Source of the DNA: Azolla caroliniana
Taxonomy: Eukaryota; Plantae; Polypodiophyta
Direction: 5' to 3'
NCBI GenBank assembly: GCA_043228905.1
Contig: JBHGNT010000009.1
Location: 19,716,001 to 19,780,000, forward strand
Length of the DNA: 64,000 nucleotides
Below are positions 51,153-64,000 of this stretch, one piece after another. A program made the translations under genes and the position numbers. Position 1 is the first letter of the stretch, and the number at the start of each line of letters is the position of its first letter. A model generated the notes under the pieces. It worked only from the letters and a program-made list of their open reading frames with translations. It was not told the DNA's origin and did no database searches.

Positions 51153-52970
51153 TTATGATGTGTTACCACCATCTGAAAGCAAAGATTTCTCTAACGAGAT
51201 TAGAAACTTCCGAAGATGTCGTATATAGTCAGGATAAAGTTCCAAGTTACTATGGCCTCCTCCTTTCAACCAAAGGGGCTCATATTTCACTTTAGCAAGT
51301 TCCCAAAGCTGTTTTCCATGTGACCAATCTACCACATCATCTGACGTTCCCTGGAAAAACATAATTTGTAACTAAAAAGAATTTAGAATCTAGAAAACCA
51401 AGAATGTAGTTCCAATCCAAAGCTTCTTACATGGATCACCAGCACAGGGCACGCCACATCTCCTATCTTATCAATGTTCTGTGCAAACCGTAAAGATGAT
51501 AGGAGATCAGTAATCAAGATTCAAAGCATTAATGAAGGTTACTGCCCCATATGATGTTAAAGACAGCATTAAATTTGGCAAACTGTCATCATTCGTGATG
51601 TTTCAAGGTTCTTTTGACTCCTTCCCCCCCCCAAAAAAAGACAAAAGATAGACAGATAAGGTAACATTGAAACATTGATACCTTATATATATCGAACCAA
51701 TAGGAATGCTTCACAGGGTACATCACACGTATTCCCGATAAGATAGGGCTATGCAGGACGAGGCCTCTCAACTGTGGTATGCGTTTGGCTAACTCCAAAC
51801 TAGGTCCGCTCCCAACAGATTGACCATACAGCACTATTTCCTCCGGTCTTGTACCATAATCTCGCTCGAGACACTCATATACAGCTTCTATGTCTGCATA
51901 TGTATTGTATTCTGTTGGCTGTTCATCAGGCAATGCACATGAATAAATTCTTGTTTTTGCATTAAATCAAGCAAACAGAATGTTTGCAGGATTGATTTTT
52001 TTATACCTTTCCGGTTGATTGACCATAACCAGCATAATCATACCTGCACAACATACAGATATAAATAGATTACGCATAAGATAGGAGGAAGTATCTTATT
52101 TAAAATAGACACATGGTTTAAATCATTATTACTGATATTAAACATGAATTAAATATGATGCGGTTAGGAGAATCAAGATCACATGCGGTTACCAGAATTT
52201 CATTTAATGTCCCTGATGTTTTGAGTAGTTTGAGCAAACTTAAATACTACCAACTTTTACCCAAAGCTCTCTAGGAATGTACCTAGCGGAAGTGAATGGT
52301 CTGGAGATAATTTTGGACATACTTTCTCAGCAATTCATTGCTTGAAGTAAATGCAATATTTCTCTTGTTCCATGAATCAATATCTTGCCACAATGTAGAC
52401 TCTGTTCTGTTTTATCTTTTCGCTGTAATGCATGGTTTCTATTCCTTCCATTCAATTCCAAAAACAGCACCTGCCTACACTACACTGTTTTTCTCCATTC
52501 TTCCCTGCTATGTATTATTTATCAGTTCTCTTGGAATTTCATGGTCATGGAGACATGGTCCTGGCACTGGTCCCGGTCATGGTCATGGTGACATGGTCAT
52601 GGTCATGGTCATGCACAAAAAGAACAAGAAACAAGAAGGTGCAGAGAGGTAAAAGCATAGATTTACCCGATGAGGTTGACACGGAGATGGAGGCTGAGCT
52701 CGACAAAGAGCTCATACATTTGGCCAAGGTCCGCTGCATTGCCATGGGAGTAGAGCAGGGTGAGGCGAGCAGAAGGATGCCTGACAAGGAGCGCGACGAT
52801 GGTGTGGCCGCGCTTGGTGTCAAGGAGAAGCGTGGATGTCTCCACGTCTGCACCTGCACCAGTACGAATCCGGAGGGGGAGAGGGAGGTCCGCGAGCTTC
52901 GGCTTCCCGGATGCATCCTTCACTATGCGGTACGAAGGCGGCGATGGCGAGACGATGTCACAGCCCCCAT
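51153..52970 (-). CDS. ABHD17: ABHD17-family alpha/beta hydrolase (protein depalmitoylase-like), 5 exons; frameshifting deletion in exon 1 (possible pseudogene/null allele)
   Basis: Exons 52970-52667, 52043-52007, 51918-51682, 51478-51431 and 51350-51153, with GT-AG introns. Motifs [56 protein letters not shown]. The ATG frame (MGAVTSS) stops after 15 codons and the conserved frame resumes at SPPSY. Confidence 0.88.
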
Positions 52971-52993
52971 CTCTCTCTCTCTCTCTCAGGGTC

Positions 52994-53018
52994 TAGGGTT
53001 TAGGGTTTAGGGTTTAGG
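52994..53018 (-). promoter_or_regulatory. Three tandem telo-box / (CCCTAAA) units just upstream of the ABHD17 ATG
   Basis: TAGGGTTTAGGGTTTAGGGTTTAGG on +, next to a (GA)n tract, 24 nt from the ATG; further TTAGGGTT words at ~53290-53430. Confidence 0.5.
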
Positions 53019-53527
53019 ATCCGTCTGCCTTGGTCGATCAATCCTCTGTCGCTATCTCCATCAATCTATACTCTATCTCTATCTCTCTCTCTTTCTCTGT
53101 ACCTCCCTCCCCCTCGATCAATTCTGTGCCTTTTCCTTTCTGAATGTGGATCAATTCCGCAATCTGTGTCCGATGATGCTTCTAGTACTCTCCTAGCTTC
53201 ATTCTAGGGTTTCTCGGTACGCCTGCCTCAGGGGGGGGGTTGCAAAAGACGTCAGTCACCCATGTCGTCCCTCTCCTTCTGCAGTGAAGGATTTAGGGTT
53301 CCACTGGAGCAGCAGCCATCATCATCATCCTTCAGAGTACTAGGAGGTGGAGATGGAGATGGAGGTGGAAATTAGGGTTTTGTCAGAGAAAACAGAGTTG
53401 GGTGGAGGAGAGGGAAGGTACAATTTAGGGTTTTTAATTATTATTATTTTTTATTGTTGTTTTAATTATATTTTTTAACTTTAAATAATATAATGATTTT
53501 TATTTATGTGGGGTGGGGGAATGGTAC

Positions 53528-53605
53528 AATTACATACATCCATGCCATACACACATACATACATACCATCCATACATACATGACATACATACATACATAC
53601 ATACA

Positions 53606-53636
<31 letters not shown>

Positions 53637-53651
53637 GTACAAACATAGACA

Positions 53652-53691
<40 letters not shown>

Positions 53692-53896
53692 TTACATACA
53701 TACATACATTACATGCATGCATACATTACCTACATTACATTACATGCATGCATACATTACCTACATACATTGCATGCATGCATTACCTACATACATTACA
53801 TACACATGCATACATACATTACATAGACATACATAGACATGCATGCGATGCATACATTACCTACATACATTACATGCATACTTACCACCTACATAC
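53528..53896. repeat. Compound microsatellite (TACA)n/(TACT)n/(CATG)n
   Basis: Direct reading of the sequence. Confidence 0.95.
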
Positions 53897-54712
53897 AAAG
53901 ACAATGCAAGATATGAAAATAAATGTCTTCCAATGGTTAGTAATACATAGAGCATTGCCAATTGGCCAATGGTTGCAACAATCAGCTGCACCGACCGCAT
54001 GCATCTATTGTTGTTGTCAGATGGAGACATTGAAACATTGCTTGTGGGAATGTCATGCTGCACAGCAAGTTTGGAGGCGAGTGTTCCGAGTTCTTGCCTT
54101 TATGTTTAGGGATTGCAGTTTTTCGTGGGGTATGGTAGTATGGGCCACAGTGGCACAAGTGGTGTGGCCATATGATGCATGCCCAAATGACACGATTATT
54201 AGAATTCAAAGAGGAAGGATAATGGCGGGGCAACAAAGTCAAATGGAGGCTCCTTACATGTTAAAGACAATGCAAGAGGTATGGGAGCTACTATGCACCA
54301 CTACAATGTGGTTTATTTGGACTGTTAGGTGTTCTAAGGTGTTTAGTAATACTACTATTCATCCAGTGGAAAGTACATGGAATGTCTGGATGGAGATGGT
54401 ACATACCTTGAAAGGACAGTATGAGGATATTAAAGGTGAGACAGATGTTGCAGTGTTGCAACGTCTCGAATTTATTGTCTATTGGAAGAAGACCCCTTTT
54501 CTCACAATACAAAATTCAAGACCTAAATGGTGCTTAGCGCCACCAGTATGGTTGTTCCCACCACCAATCACATAACTTGCTTAAGGAGTGGTGGAGTGTT
54601 GAGGGATGGGACCTAAGGAAGAATGCACCAGATCAATGGTAGCTTGATGGTAGGTCAATTTTTTGTAATGTTGTTCATAACTAATGAAAGGATATTTTTC
54701 CGAAAAAAAAAA
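53897..54712 (+). mobile_element. 5'-truncated L1/Tx1-type LINE (zf-RVT C-terminus, 3' UTR, poly-A)
   Basis: KINVFQWLVIHRALP..CIYC...ETLKHCLWEC (zf-RVT pattern) to stop 54575; A10 at 54703-54712, then the microsatellite resumes. Confidence 0.8.
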
Positions 54713-54999
54713 TACATGCATGCATGCATTACTACTTACATACATACTTGGATGAATGGGCAGGAAGGAAGTGCCCACAAACTTTGGATTGACCTCGCGT
54801 GTCAAGACCTGCGGTCTTACCGCCATAAACATTGTGACTACATTTCGGCTCTTCCTCCATCCTTCATGTCAACCGTACTTGCCTCTCTCTTTGCCCACTT
54901 GAGCTTTTTTCCCCTTCCCCATAGAGTGGGAGCAATGACATGATACGATATGGTGGATATACTACGACAAATCTTCATGGCAATATGTTAGCCCTTTCA

Positions 55000-56000
55000 T
55001 ACTATGTCGATGTTTTAATCAAACAAGGAGGCAAAACACTGCTCAAAAACATTCAAATGAATACGTGAACTTAGATTCCTCGTTTTTATGTCATGGGAAC
55101 ATAATGACTTGGACTAGGATCACGAGTTTTACCCATATCATCACACTTTCAAAGTTTAGGGTGCATCTATCAGGCACTATGGGCCATCGTAACCGATTAT
55201 TCTTTGTGGGTGTAGAAATACTAGGATGTTTATGCAATAAGTAAGGTCAAACTATCGTATGCAAAAGCAAGTCTTGGAGAGCTCCAACTCTATTACGTTG
55301 AGGATAGAACCAAGCAGACAATAACATTTTCTATGCTAGCTAAATCATGAAAATCACATTCTACTAATATCTTCGAGCTCTAAACTTGTGACCATCACGA
55401 TGGACATAGAGAAACTTATGTCATGGGGGTATATGTATCTTGCCCAACTAGGAAATGAATTAATGGGTGAATGGGGAAACCATACGATCCACATTACCAC
55501 GCCCTTTCATTTCTCAAGTTGTTTTAATTAACTTTATATATGGAAATGGTTTGTGTTTCCCCCTTATTGATCGATGTGACAAAATATCGTCGAAACTAGG
55601 ATGCCAAATCCCACCTATTGCGCGTATTATGCAATGTTAAAAAATCGGTTAGCTCATTGTCACCCTCAAAGGATGTAATTTTGTTCGTAATAATACTCTC
55701 AAGGATCATTTTATTGGTTCTAGTCCATGAACTCATCGATGGTTTGGTGGTTTACATCATATCATCCACATATCATCCAAACTCATAGATATCAAAGAAC
55801 CTATGTTCAAGCCTCACCATGGGCTAGGGCTTTGTCTCATAGATTGCAATCAATCTTCGGTGGACGTTAAAATTATGTCTATTGCTCCATCTATCTATGT
55901 ATACGCTCGTTATTTTATTGTTAAGTGTCTTTACTTCATAGAGGAAAATTGTTTCTTTTTCCTCCCAAAACTTTTACTCTATAATTCACGAGATGTTTTC
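55000..56000 (-). mobile_element. Possible highly decayed Mutator-like (MULE) transposase remnant
   Basis: Only weak motif echoes on the - strand (DKALAHG; ID..GGNTNHFHIY); many stops. Confidence 0.2.
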
Positions 56001-58707
56001 AAATTTCAAGCAGGCACTCATTTCAACTAGTCTCACATACATTTCTCGAGAAAAGGGACACGCAAACGTGAAACTTCTCACAAGATTGACAATAGCATCC
56101 TAGCATGCGTTGTTTAGTTCATAAATTAGGTGGTCACCCCTTCCTAAGCCATCATCAATACTCAGACAACAAAATGAGAGTGTGTGTGAGTCTGATATAA
56201 ACAACTATTTCACTGGCAGCTACTCATTGCACAACATGTGTCATCATGATTGTATAGTAATATTCGAATGCTTCGAGTTTATGTTTCCTCAAATATAACC
56301 AATCATCTCAAATTTAAGTTGCATGCATCATCATATGCATTACAAACGTGTTGAACGTTTGTTTGGTTCGTTTGTTTGGTTTGTCTTTCGCCTCTCATTC
56401 AAAACAAGTTTTTTCCCTACTTATTCATTAGGAAGAATTTAATAATGTATAAACAATTGCACTTATTCAAGCTAATAAATATGAAAATCTTGGTAAACAT
56501 TAACCGATTCCCATTGACCATGGTCAATATCAATGTCACACATCCCTCGATAGCCATAAAAGGAACTCACCATATTCTACGTATAATAAAATGAGATCGG
56601 ATAAAAGAGAGTATCTATCATACAGATTGGAATCTAGAGGATTGCTTGCCTCCTAATCACATTGGATTGTGTGACGATTTGCAACCACACAATACTTTAT
56701 TTGCTAAGGCACCCTATCAAAGTATTGCCTTTGACACATTGACAAAATTAGTTGTCATAATATCATAAGAAATCTTAAGATTGTATTATTCTTAGTAACC
56801 TTAAGATTGTTGCTTGAAATCTAATACGGTTGGTCCAATGTTAGACTTGCTCAAAGTTTTCAAATTGAGATCATGTATGCTAATAGTTCACCGAGGCTTT
56901 TTTGCTTAGGATATGACTTGATAAACCCACTTCCCGCAGGCCGCAACCCAAAGTTTGAAAATAATAGCATTGTCTTCAAGGCAATGCAAGATCATGCACT
57001 ACACTGAACACCTTTCTCCTAAAAACATGGCTTTCATATTTTCATCATTAAAAAAATAGCTCTATGAACCCCACAATCCAAAATTTGGAAACCAAAGCAT
57101 TGCCTTGAAAATGCAACCTCATGTACACAAATGCAATCTTAAAACTCATTTCTCATAACCCGAGGGTTGAAAACGATAGCATTACCTAATTCTAATATAC
57201 ACATACGGATATTCAAGAATCTGATGGCAAGTGAAGTGCACCTAAATGAATTCTATATGAACAAATAAACACAGTTACAGTATATCAGCACTATATACCA
57301 TATTCATTGAATCAATGAATAGTGGCAAAAGAGGCAACGACTAATTATAACAAATATTTCCTATTCTAGGTTCACATGTAAAAGGTTTTGTCTATTAACA
57401 TCACAACTTTTAGAGCTAAAAAGGAAATATTGTAAAGTAAGAGGTGGTATGTGAGCTAATATGGCAATATATAGACTGGTCAAATATCTTGTGCTCAATA
57501 AGTAACGTTAGCTATTAGCATGTGACATGAGATATTAACTCTATCCATCATGTTTCTTGTTATAATTACTGCATAGATATGAATATTGTTAGCCCTAGTC
57601 GATAGTTTTGACCTCCTTCTCTCATTTCTCATTTATATTAATCATAGATATCTTATATGAATCTAGTATAGTGTTTTAGCACACAAACCACTCAAGAAAT
57701 CTCCTTGCACTAGTTTGAAATTCTCATGATTTATTTGAAAGCAATTGTAATGTGACAAACCATTTAGCAATCAATCAAAATAGTTCGAAGAGGGGTTGGA
57801 TTTAAACCTCTCATTTATTATGCGTAATGTGTCACTATATTATAATGATAATTTGTGTTCCTAAACTTATTATAATCATCAACGTTTTAGCAAGCAAAGT
57901 AGTGCAAGGATATGTTGAACTCAACATGAGGATCAATTAAGGGTTGAGAGATTAAATTTGACAACATGCATAAATTTGTACATCATAGTGGTTTATAAGG
58001 TGACCATTTAGCAAGTCCAATGGATTCACAATCGTATGATGTTGAAAGGCCACATATAGTATAGCACTAGAGGATGCACTAGCATGCCACAATGGTGCTA
58101 CTCAACCACGACACTATGTGAGAAGCATCCATCCAACTTAGACAAGTAGTATATGACATTGTTAATAATTTGAATTCTTCTTTGTGGTGCATGCAATATG
58201 TTGTAAAAAAACTTGAGCAAGTTAATACACCAATAATCTCTAATAATGTCCCATGAGAGTGGATGCAACGATAATGGCATGGCATACTACATATCAAGCA
58301 CATAACAATACATACATGTTGTAGACTTCTTGTTATAATCATGGCATAGGACAATACATACCAGTGGCACAAACAATTGTTAAATATCTAGAAGTGGCAA
58401 CATGCTAATAAATGATCAAAAGTGAACAAAGGCTATAAAAATTATGGAGAGGAAGCAAGAGAAAGAGGCAAAGACGTTCTAGTGTAAGCAAGAATCCTTG
58501 TTGCGTTGGCATTCATTGTTCAAAGACAACAATTGTGTTCCTCCTAGCCTTCATTTTTACCAAGCACACCATACTGACCAAGAATGTGAAAGATAGACCG
58601 TGCGCCAAATTTGCAATGGTTTTGTTAAAGCTACAACATGATAAGCAAAATATGCGCCCACTTGCAATGACCAAGAATGCAAAACATAGCCATTGTGCCA
58701 CATTTGA

Positions 58708-59645
58708 TTTTTTTAATTTTTTTTAGTAAAAGCACACAATTATATTAATTGTATGTAAAATCCACTTAGTTACAACACTTCTTAGTCTCCTCTACCTATC
58801 ATATGCCTATGTAGGGAGAGGGACGTTTTGTAATGCTATTAAAAAAACCTGAATATGCATTTGAGGAAATGATCCCCACATGCTTCTAAAATTCCACATG
58901 AGAATACCTTTAAGCTTCTTTATATAGGCTTTCACCCCATGTCTATTATCAAACATGAAAGCATTACGCATATTCCAATTGTGTTGTAGACCCCAATAAC
59001 GTAAAAATTGGAACAATATCTCCATCTCACCATTTGAACCATTTTGAACATATTGAGAAAAAACCCATTATTGAGGTCTCAAACAACAATGGGTTAAAAC
59101 TTGCCAAATGTCCGATAAGTACTTCCAAATGGTACACGTTATAGGACACTTAATGAACCTGTGTGTACTATCCTCCAATGGAACAATGCAAAAGAAACAA
59201 GTGCCAGACCCTAGTCCTCGTCTCTTTAAGGCCGAACCTAATGGGAGCCCACCAATCATGACTTTCCATATGAATACCTTTGCACGAAATGGTAGATGGG
59301 AATGCCAACCACGTTGTAATATTTTCCACCACCTTGCATCTAACTTACATACATTCCACAACTTCGTTGCTTTAGAAGATAGCCAAGATAATGATGCCAT
59401 CGCATGATGATACAATATATTTGTAGTGACCTGTAACAAGTTGTACCATCTTGTAACCGCCAATCCACCCAAGGTGCAAATTTTGTTTTCAATGGCAACG
59501 ATCCTTGCAACAATGGTATATCTTGTAATTTCTCCCAAATAAATCCATAATTTGGGGGAATACATAACCATCACTTGGCATCTTCAAAATCCGACAACCT
59601 TGAAATTCATTATCAACCACATCTTCTAAATGTACAATCCCTAAT
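58708..59645 (-). mobile_element. 5'-truncated L1-type LINE fragment
   Basis: ORF 59068..59574 (KVFIWKVMIGGLP..CFFC...EDSTHRFIKC, zf-RVT) continued by 58807..59025; a T-rich tract at ~58708-58724 is the poly-A tail on the - strand. Confidence 0.78.
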
Positions 59646-60534
59646 CAAAATAAATGATTGAATTGAGATCTCAACTTCTCTTTCCCATGCCAAAACAACA
59701 CTCAAGAAGAAACAAACAATTCATTTTGTAATGAATTACAATATTCTCGATCACTTGATGGTCCCCATTCTAAAAGAGATAATGCATCTTGCCACAATCT
59801 TACCAAATGTTGTCCTATCCACATACAGAATGTCGAATCTTTAGATGAATACTTCCATTGAGTAATGACTACCAAGATGCTGGAATCTTTGTTTTCCCAT
59901 GCACCAATCCTTCATGATCAATAAAATAAGTATAAAGTTGATAGGTGCAAAAGTCAAATTTTGTATTAGTTTTCACTTTCAACCCTTTCCAACACCTCTT
60001 TAACTATATGTATCTCTAATATGTCTAGAGCTATGTTTGATATACTGCCCTTAAGTTCTTCATTTTATACCACTTTCATGGAGGTGGCATCCTTTGGACT
60101 ACATTGGTGAAACAAATTAGATATGTTTGAATGTACTTCACATGCATGATTAATCATCACTAATCCACGGTGCTCATAATTGATAAAACTCCCACGTATG
60201 ATCCCAAATAGTGTTTAGCCTTTACTTGGCCATTGTGATTCTTCATCCTGAAAGTTGGCATATGCATGTGCACCAAGCCTTTCAATTTGACCAATATCAC
60301 TAAATAAATTGCAACTAGTCTCATATAAAGTGGAAATTTAGTGGAGAAGCCAAAGTGCAAATCCTTCTCATACCTCTAAATAATATTCCATACCTATGAG
60401 AGAAAAGAAGAGTCACCCAGATCTGATGTTTAGTAACTGCCACAAATCTTTTCATGCAATATTTATGTGATCATTCAAGAGAGAGCCCTTTCTATTATGA
60501 AATATTCAGTCATCTTCAAATTCTATTGAATATG

Positions 60535-60848
60535 ACAGTCTAAAACACATGTAAAAGTTCTCCATTAGCCATCATTAACACACAATGTCCCTCAAACTTT
60601 GTATTGAATTATCACCAACTCTAGGAATTTCCACCATAGTTAATGCAGAATTCTTTGATTAGCACAAATATTTTTTCTTCTCTATCAAATTTTATCCCGA
60701 GTATGACATATTAAAACACATGGAAAAGTTCTAAATCAGCCATCATTAACACACAATGTCCCTCATACTTTGCATTGAACTGTCATCAACTCTAGGAATT
60801 TCCACCATAGTTCTCGCAGAATTCTTAGATTAGCACAAATATATTTTA
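60535..60848. repeat. Tandem duplication, ~171-bp period
   Basis: TAAAACACATG.AAAAGTTCT..AGCCATCATTAACACACAATGTCCCTCA..CTCTAGGAATTTCCACCATAGTT..GATTAGCACAAATATTTT occurs twice. Confidence 0.88.
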
Positions 60849-61494
60849 CTGAATTGAAAAGAACACATTCTTTGCAAACTTCCTCCAGATCTTTTTTTAA
60901 GTCCCTCTTGTAGAAGTTATACTTATCTTCCTGTTAATATATACAATCACATCTCTTAGAGCAGAAGTCCTACAATTGCTCATTATTTTTCAAATGATAA
61001 AAAATACTAGTGTACATTGCTATTTACTTTCCAATATGGGTATCCAAAGAGTTATCAACTGGTAAAGCCACAACAACTATAGACGAAGAAAATTTTACAC
61101 AAAATTAATGATTCAATAATGCACATCACTCGGATACCCAGCTATTCCAACAGACAAACCCTTCCACTTTTGCATTGAAGCCCACTTGTTTGGCTCTAAA
61201 ATATAAAACAATTTCATTGACAGAGTTTTATGGTAATCAACAAAGTGAATTAGATGTTAAAAATACTCCAAAAGACCGCATGTTTAATGGAAAAATTACA
61301 AACTCCAGCCACAATTCATAGATGAGGTCCTCCGTGTTTTTTTAATACAAACAAACTACACCAAAACCATTCATTGTTATAGGAAAGGCTCTTTGGTTAG
61401 AAATTTTCTTGTTCGAAATACCTTCCATCTTTGTTAAATGTCCTCATCCCACAGGCTTGCACAGGTGCATTCCGAAAAAGATGTTCCATTCAAC

Positions 61495-64000
61495 TCAGTC
61501 CCTGAGAAAGAAAACAATTTTTAATCTTTTAGTTTAAAGTGGTAAAATCAAGTTTAAATCCATTATTTGACTCCTGAAAAAAAAGCAAGGGATGAATGGA
61601 GAATACTATTCACAGTAAAAGTGAACAAAACGCAAAAACACACGCAAGTATTACAGTTATAACAGGCAATATTTGTCAAATAAGTATTCAAACAGGTAGC
61701 TCTCACCATTAAAATCAAGATGTACAGGCCCACACGCAAGTCTGTGGGAAATTTTCAGTGCATAAATTTTTGTTTTCACCAAAACTAAAAGAATGAAACG
61801 AATTTATTGCCAGTGATTGCAATTACAAAAGCGGATTGAACACATTCAAAATACATTTTAAATCACAATCTATTTGCAATAACTAAACTCAATTAAATCG
61901 CTGCACAATTTTATTTTGAATTCTAAATTTCTTTTTATAATTCTAAATCATCGATGGACGAATGAGTTATCTTGTATGCAGGTAGAGTCAGAAGATTATT
62001 CTGAGCTTTGTTCCATTGCTTGTTAAAGTGAAGATAATCACTACAATGGCATTTTGGTCTCACCCTTGAAATCTCTCTACTCTCATCCTTCCCCAAAAAT
62101 GAATCTTCCACGTCAATCCAGTTTCCTCACATTAAGTGTCATGGATTCCAAAAGTTTTTTTTTATCATGCTTTATCTGAAAACGTTTTAACATAATGAAA
62201 AGTGGATTTCTTGATTTTTTATTTGTTTTTCTCTGAAGAGCCAAAACGATTTAAAACTGAGGTTTACTAATGACTAATCACTACTAGGACAAAAAAACTA
62301 CTCTATTGCAAGCTCCATGGATCTGGTAAAGTAGAGTAACAATAGATAAATATAGCAGTGTTGCACTATGTGCTTGCCTGTTATAATATACCTTTCCATA
62401 AAGACAAAACCAAGAGTTTGAACTTAAATATAAAACTGAGAGGAAAACGGACCAAGAGAAGACGAAAACAACAGGAAAAAGAAAAACATATCATGAATCA
62501 TGATTATAGTATAAGTGAGTGAAACTTGGATCACCCAGTTCCCTTCATTAGCTTGTGGATCTTCTTTTCAACAATGGTATACATATTATAGATACAAACA
62601 AAAAGGTTGCTATGAGGGAATTAATATTGAATCCTTGACATATAAATGATACCTTCAGGCAATTTATTATGCAATGGGAAAATTTAAACATTGTCTTTTC
62701 TAATAAATATACAGGAAATATACAAATTTGGGAAAAAAGGAAATCAACACAATTGATGACGTTCTAATAACTACACCCAAGGAAATAATGGATGCAAATC
62801 CAAGCCTTCAGATAAAAATATAAACAATGCAAAACAAAGCAAATAAATATTTCTTGAACATCTACACAGAATTATATTCGTGCAGTTGACATGCAGTAAT
62901 AACAATATATGTCAAACTCATAAACGCTAAACGAAAAGCACAAATGACTTTCAAGAAATCGTTTAATAACAAAATACTTACCAGTATTTTATGAGCCCAT
63001 CCCAGCCACACGTAGCTACCTTGCTTTGCTCCAAAGGATGCCATTCACATCCAATGCAAACACCTTCATGGCAATTTAGTGTTCGGAAGACTTTGCACGA
63101 TTTCCAATCCCAGAACCAACACCGTCCTTCCCCATCACCAGACATGACAAAGCGACCATCGGGAGAGAAGTTCACTTGGCACGCATAACCTGCTACAATA
63201 TGACCAGCAAACCTTTTCTTCTTATTGAGACGGAACCTCTCTCTTGTGCTATAGATAAGGATCTGATTGTCTAAACTTTGAGCCGCAAGCCAATTATTGT
63301 TCGGATGGAGAGTAATGGAAGGCATAGAATGCATATGTGGCTCACTTATATATTTGATTACCACTGGAATTCCAAATTCCCAGACACGTAATGACTTGTC
63401 ATCGCTCGATGTCACAAACCTTCGATTATCATCTACAAATGTGATTGTATTCACAGCCCCAAGATGCTGATCATACTCTTGTGTAATTTCACCTGATTTC
63501 ATATCCCATTGAACAATCTTCTTATCATTCATCCCAGCTAAGAGAATGTGTTGCTTGTCTTCATCAGGGTGAAGCCTTACCACATAAGGGATCTTCCCTG
63601 TTGAGAATGTAGAGATCACTTGTCCAGTCTCAGTATCCCATTGCTTGATTTTCCGGTCATAGCTAGCACTCAAAAACTTAGAACCATCATTGTTGAATGA
63701 GATATCTCTGACTGCTTTTGAATGACCCATGTAGGTCCTCATGCATTTTCCATTACCATGGACATCCCATATCTTAACCTTAGTATCCATACTAGCTGAA
63801 AGCAGAAGATGTCCATATTTTGGAAAGAAACGAATGGCTGATACACCTTTAGTGTGCCCACTCCAAGTGTGAACCCATCTTTTTGGTATATAGCAATGAT
63901 CGTTAGATGCTTTAACATCTTTAGGAGGAGCAATCCATGATCTCCCTTGATAATCCTTCTCATCTTTACCATGAAATGTACTTTTATCTTGAACTTCAAC
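61495..64000 (-). CDS. PRP17: Pre-mRNA-processing factor 17 / CDC40 (WD40 splicing factor), 3' part
   Basis: Open frame from the window edge to 62982: [36 protein letters not shown]...[40 protein letters not shown]. Donor TG|GTAAGT (intron starts at 62981); last coding exon CAG|G GAC TGA at 61501-61495 gives KYWD*. Confidence 0.95.

Noticed and set aside
52338-53010. + strand ORFs 52338..52652 and 52432..53010
   Set aside because: Antisense to ABHD17 exon 1/intron 1 and include a (CATGGT)n repeat.
52994-53018. Telomere or chromosome-fusion scar
   Set aside because: Only about three TTTAGGG units beside a start codon; better explained as telo-boxes.
53513-53896. His/Thr/Tyr-rich ORFs and the N-terminus of the 275-aa ORF
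   Set aside because: Translation of the (TACA)n microsatellite.
56300-58700. Short ORFs and weak repeats (AACCC..AGTTTGAAA..ATAGCATT x3)
   Set aside because: No recognisable domain or element boundaries.

Overview
Eukaryotic land-plant genomic DNA, with spliceosomal GT-AG introns and plant-type LTR retrotransposons. The TE lineages and gene style suggest a non-seed plant such as a moss, but that is inference. Bases 1-38.5k are a deeply nested, mostly decayed retroelement pile that I resolved from LTR termini, PBS/PPT motifs and target-site duplications (TSDs). An RTE/RTEX-like LINE is interrupted by Copia E, solo LTRs G and D3, and Gypsy H. E contains Gypsy A and Copia F. A contains chromovirus B, deleted Copia C and solo LTR D1. 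F contains solo LTRs D4 and D2. A 5'-less Copia J carries solo LTR K. Bases ~42.8-64k are an AT-rich gene island with an 8-exon PP2C phosphatase (+), an ABHD17-type depalmitoylase (-) whose first exon has a frameshifting deletion, the 3' part of PRP17/CDC40 (-), and L1 fragments. The most interesting items are: a ~936-codon extra sense ORF after pol in Gypsy H, which also lacks a polypurine tract; Gypsy A with a 4-bp TSD, a tRNA-Trp primer site and fungal-like RT; a duplicated PPT with extended pol in Copia C; and the ABHD17 frameshift. No rRNA, tRNA or CRISPR locus is supported.
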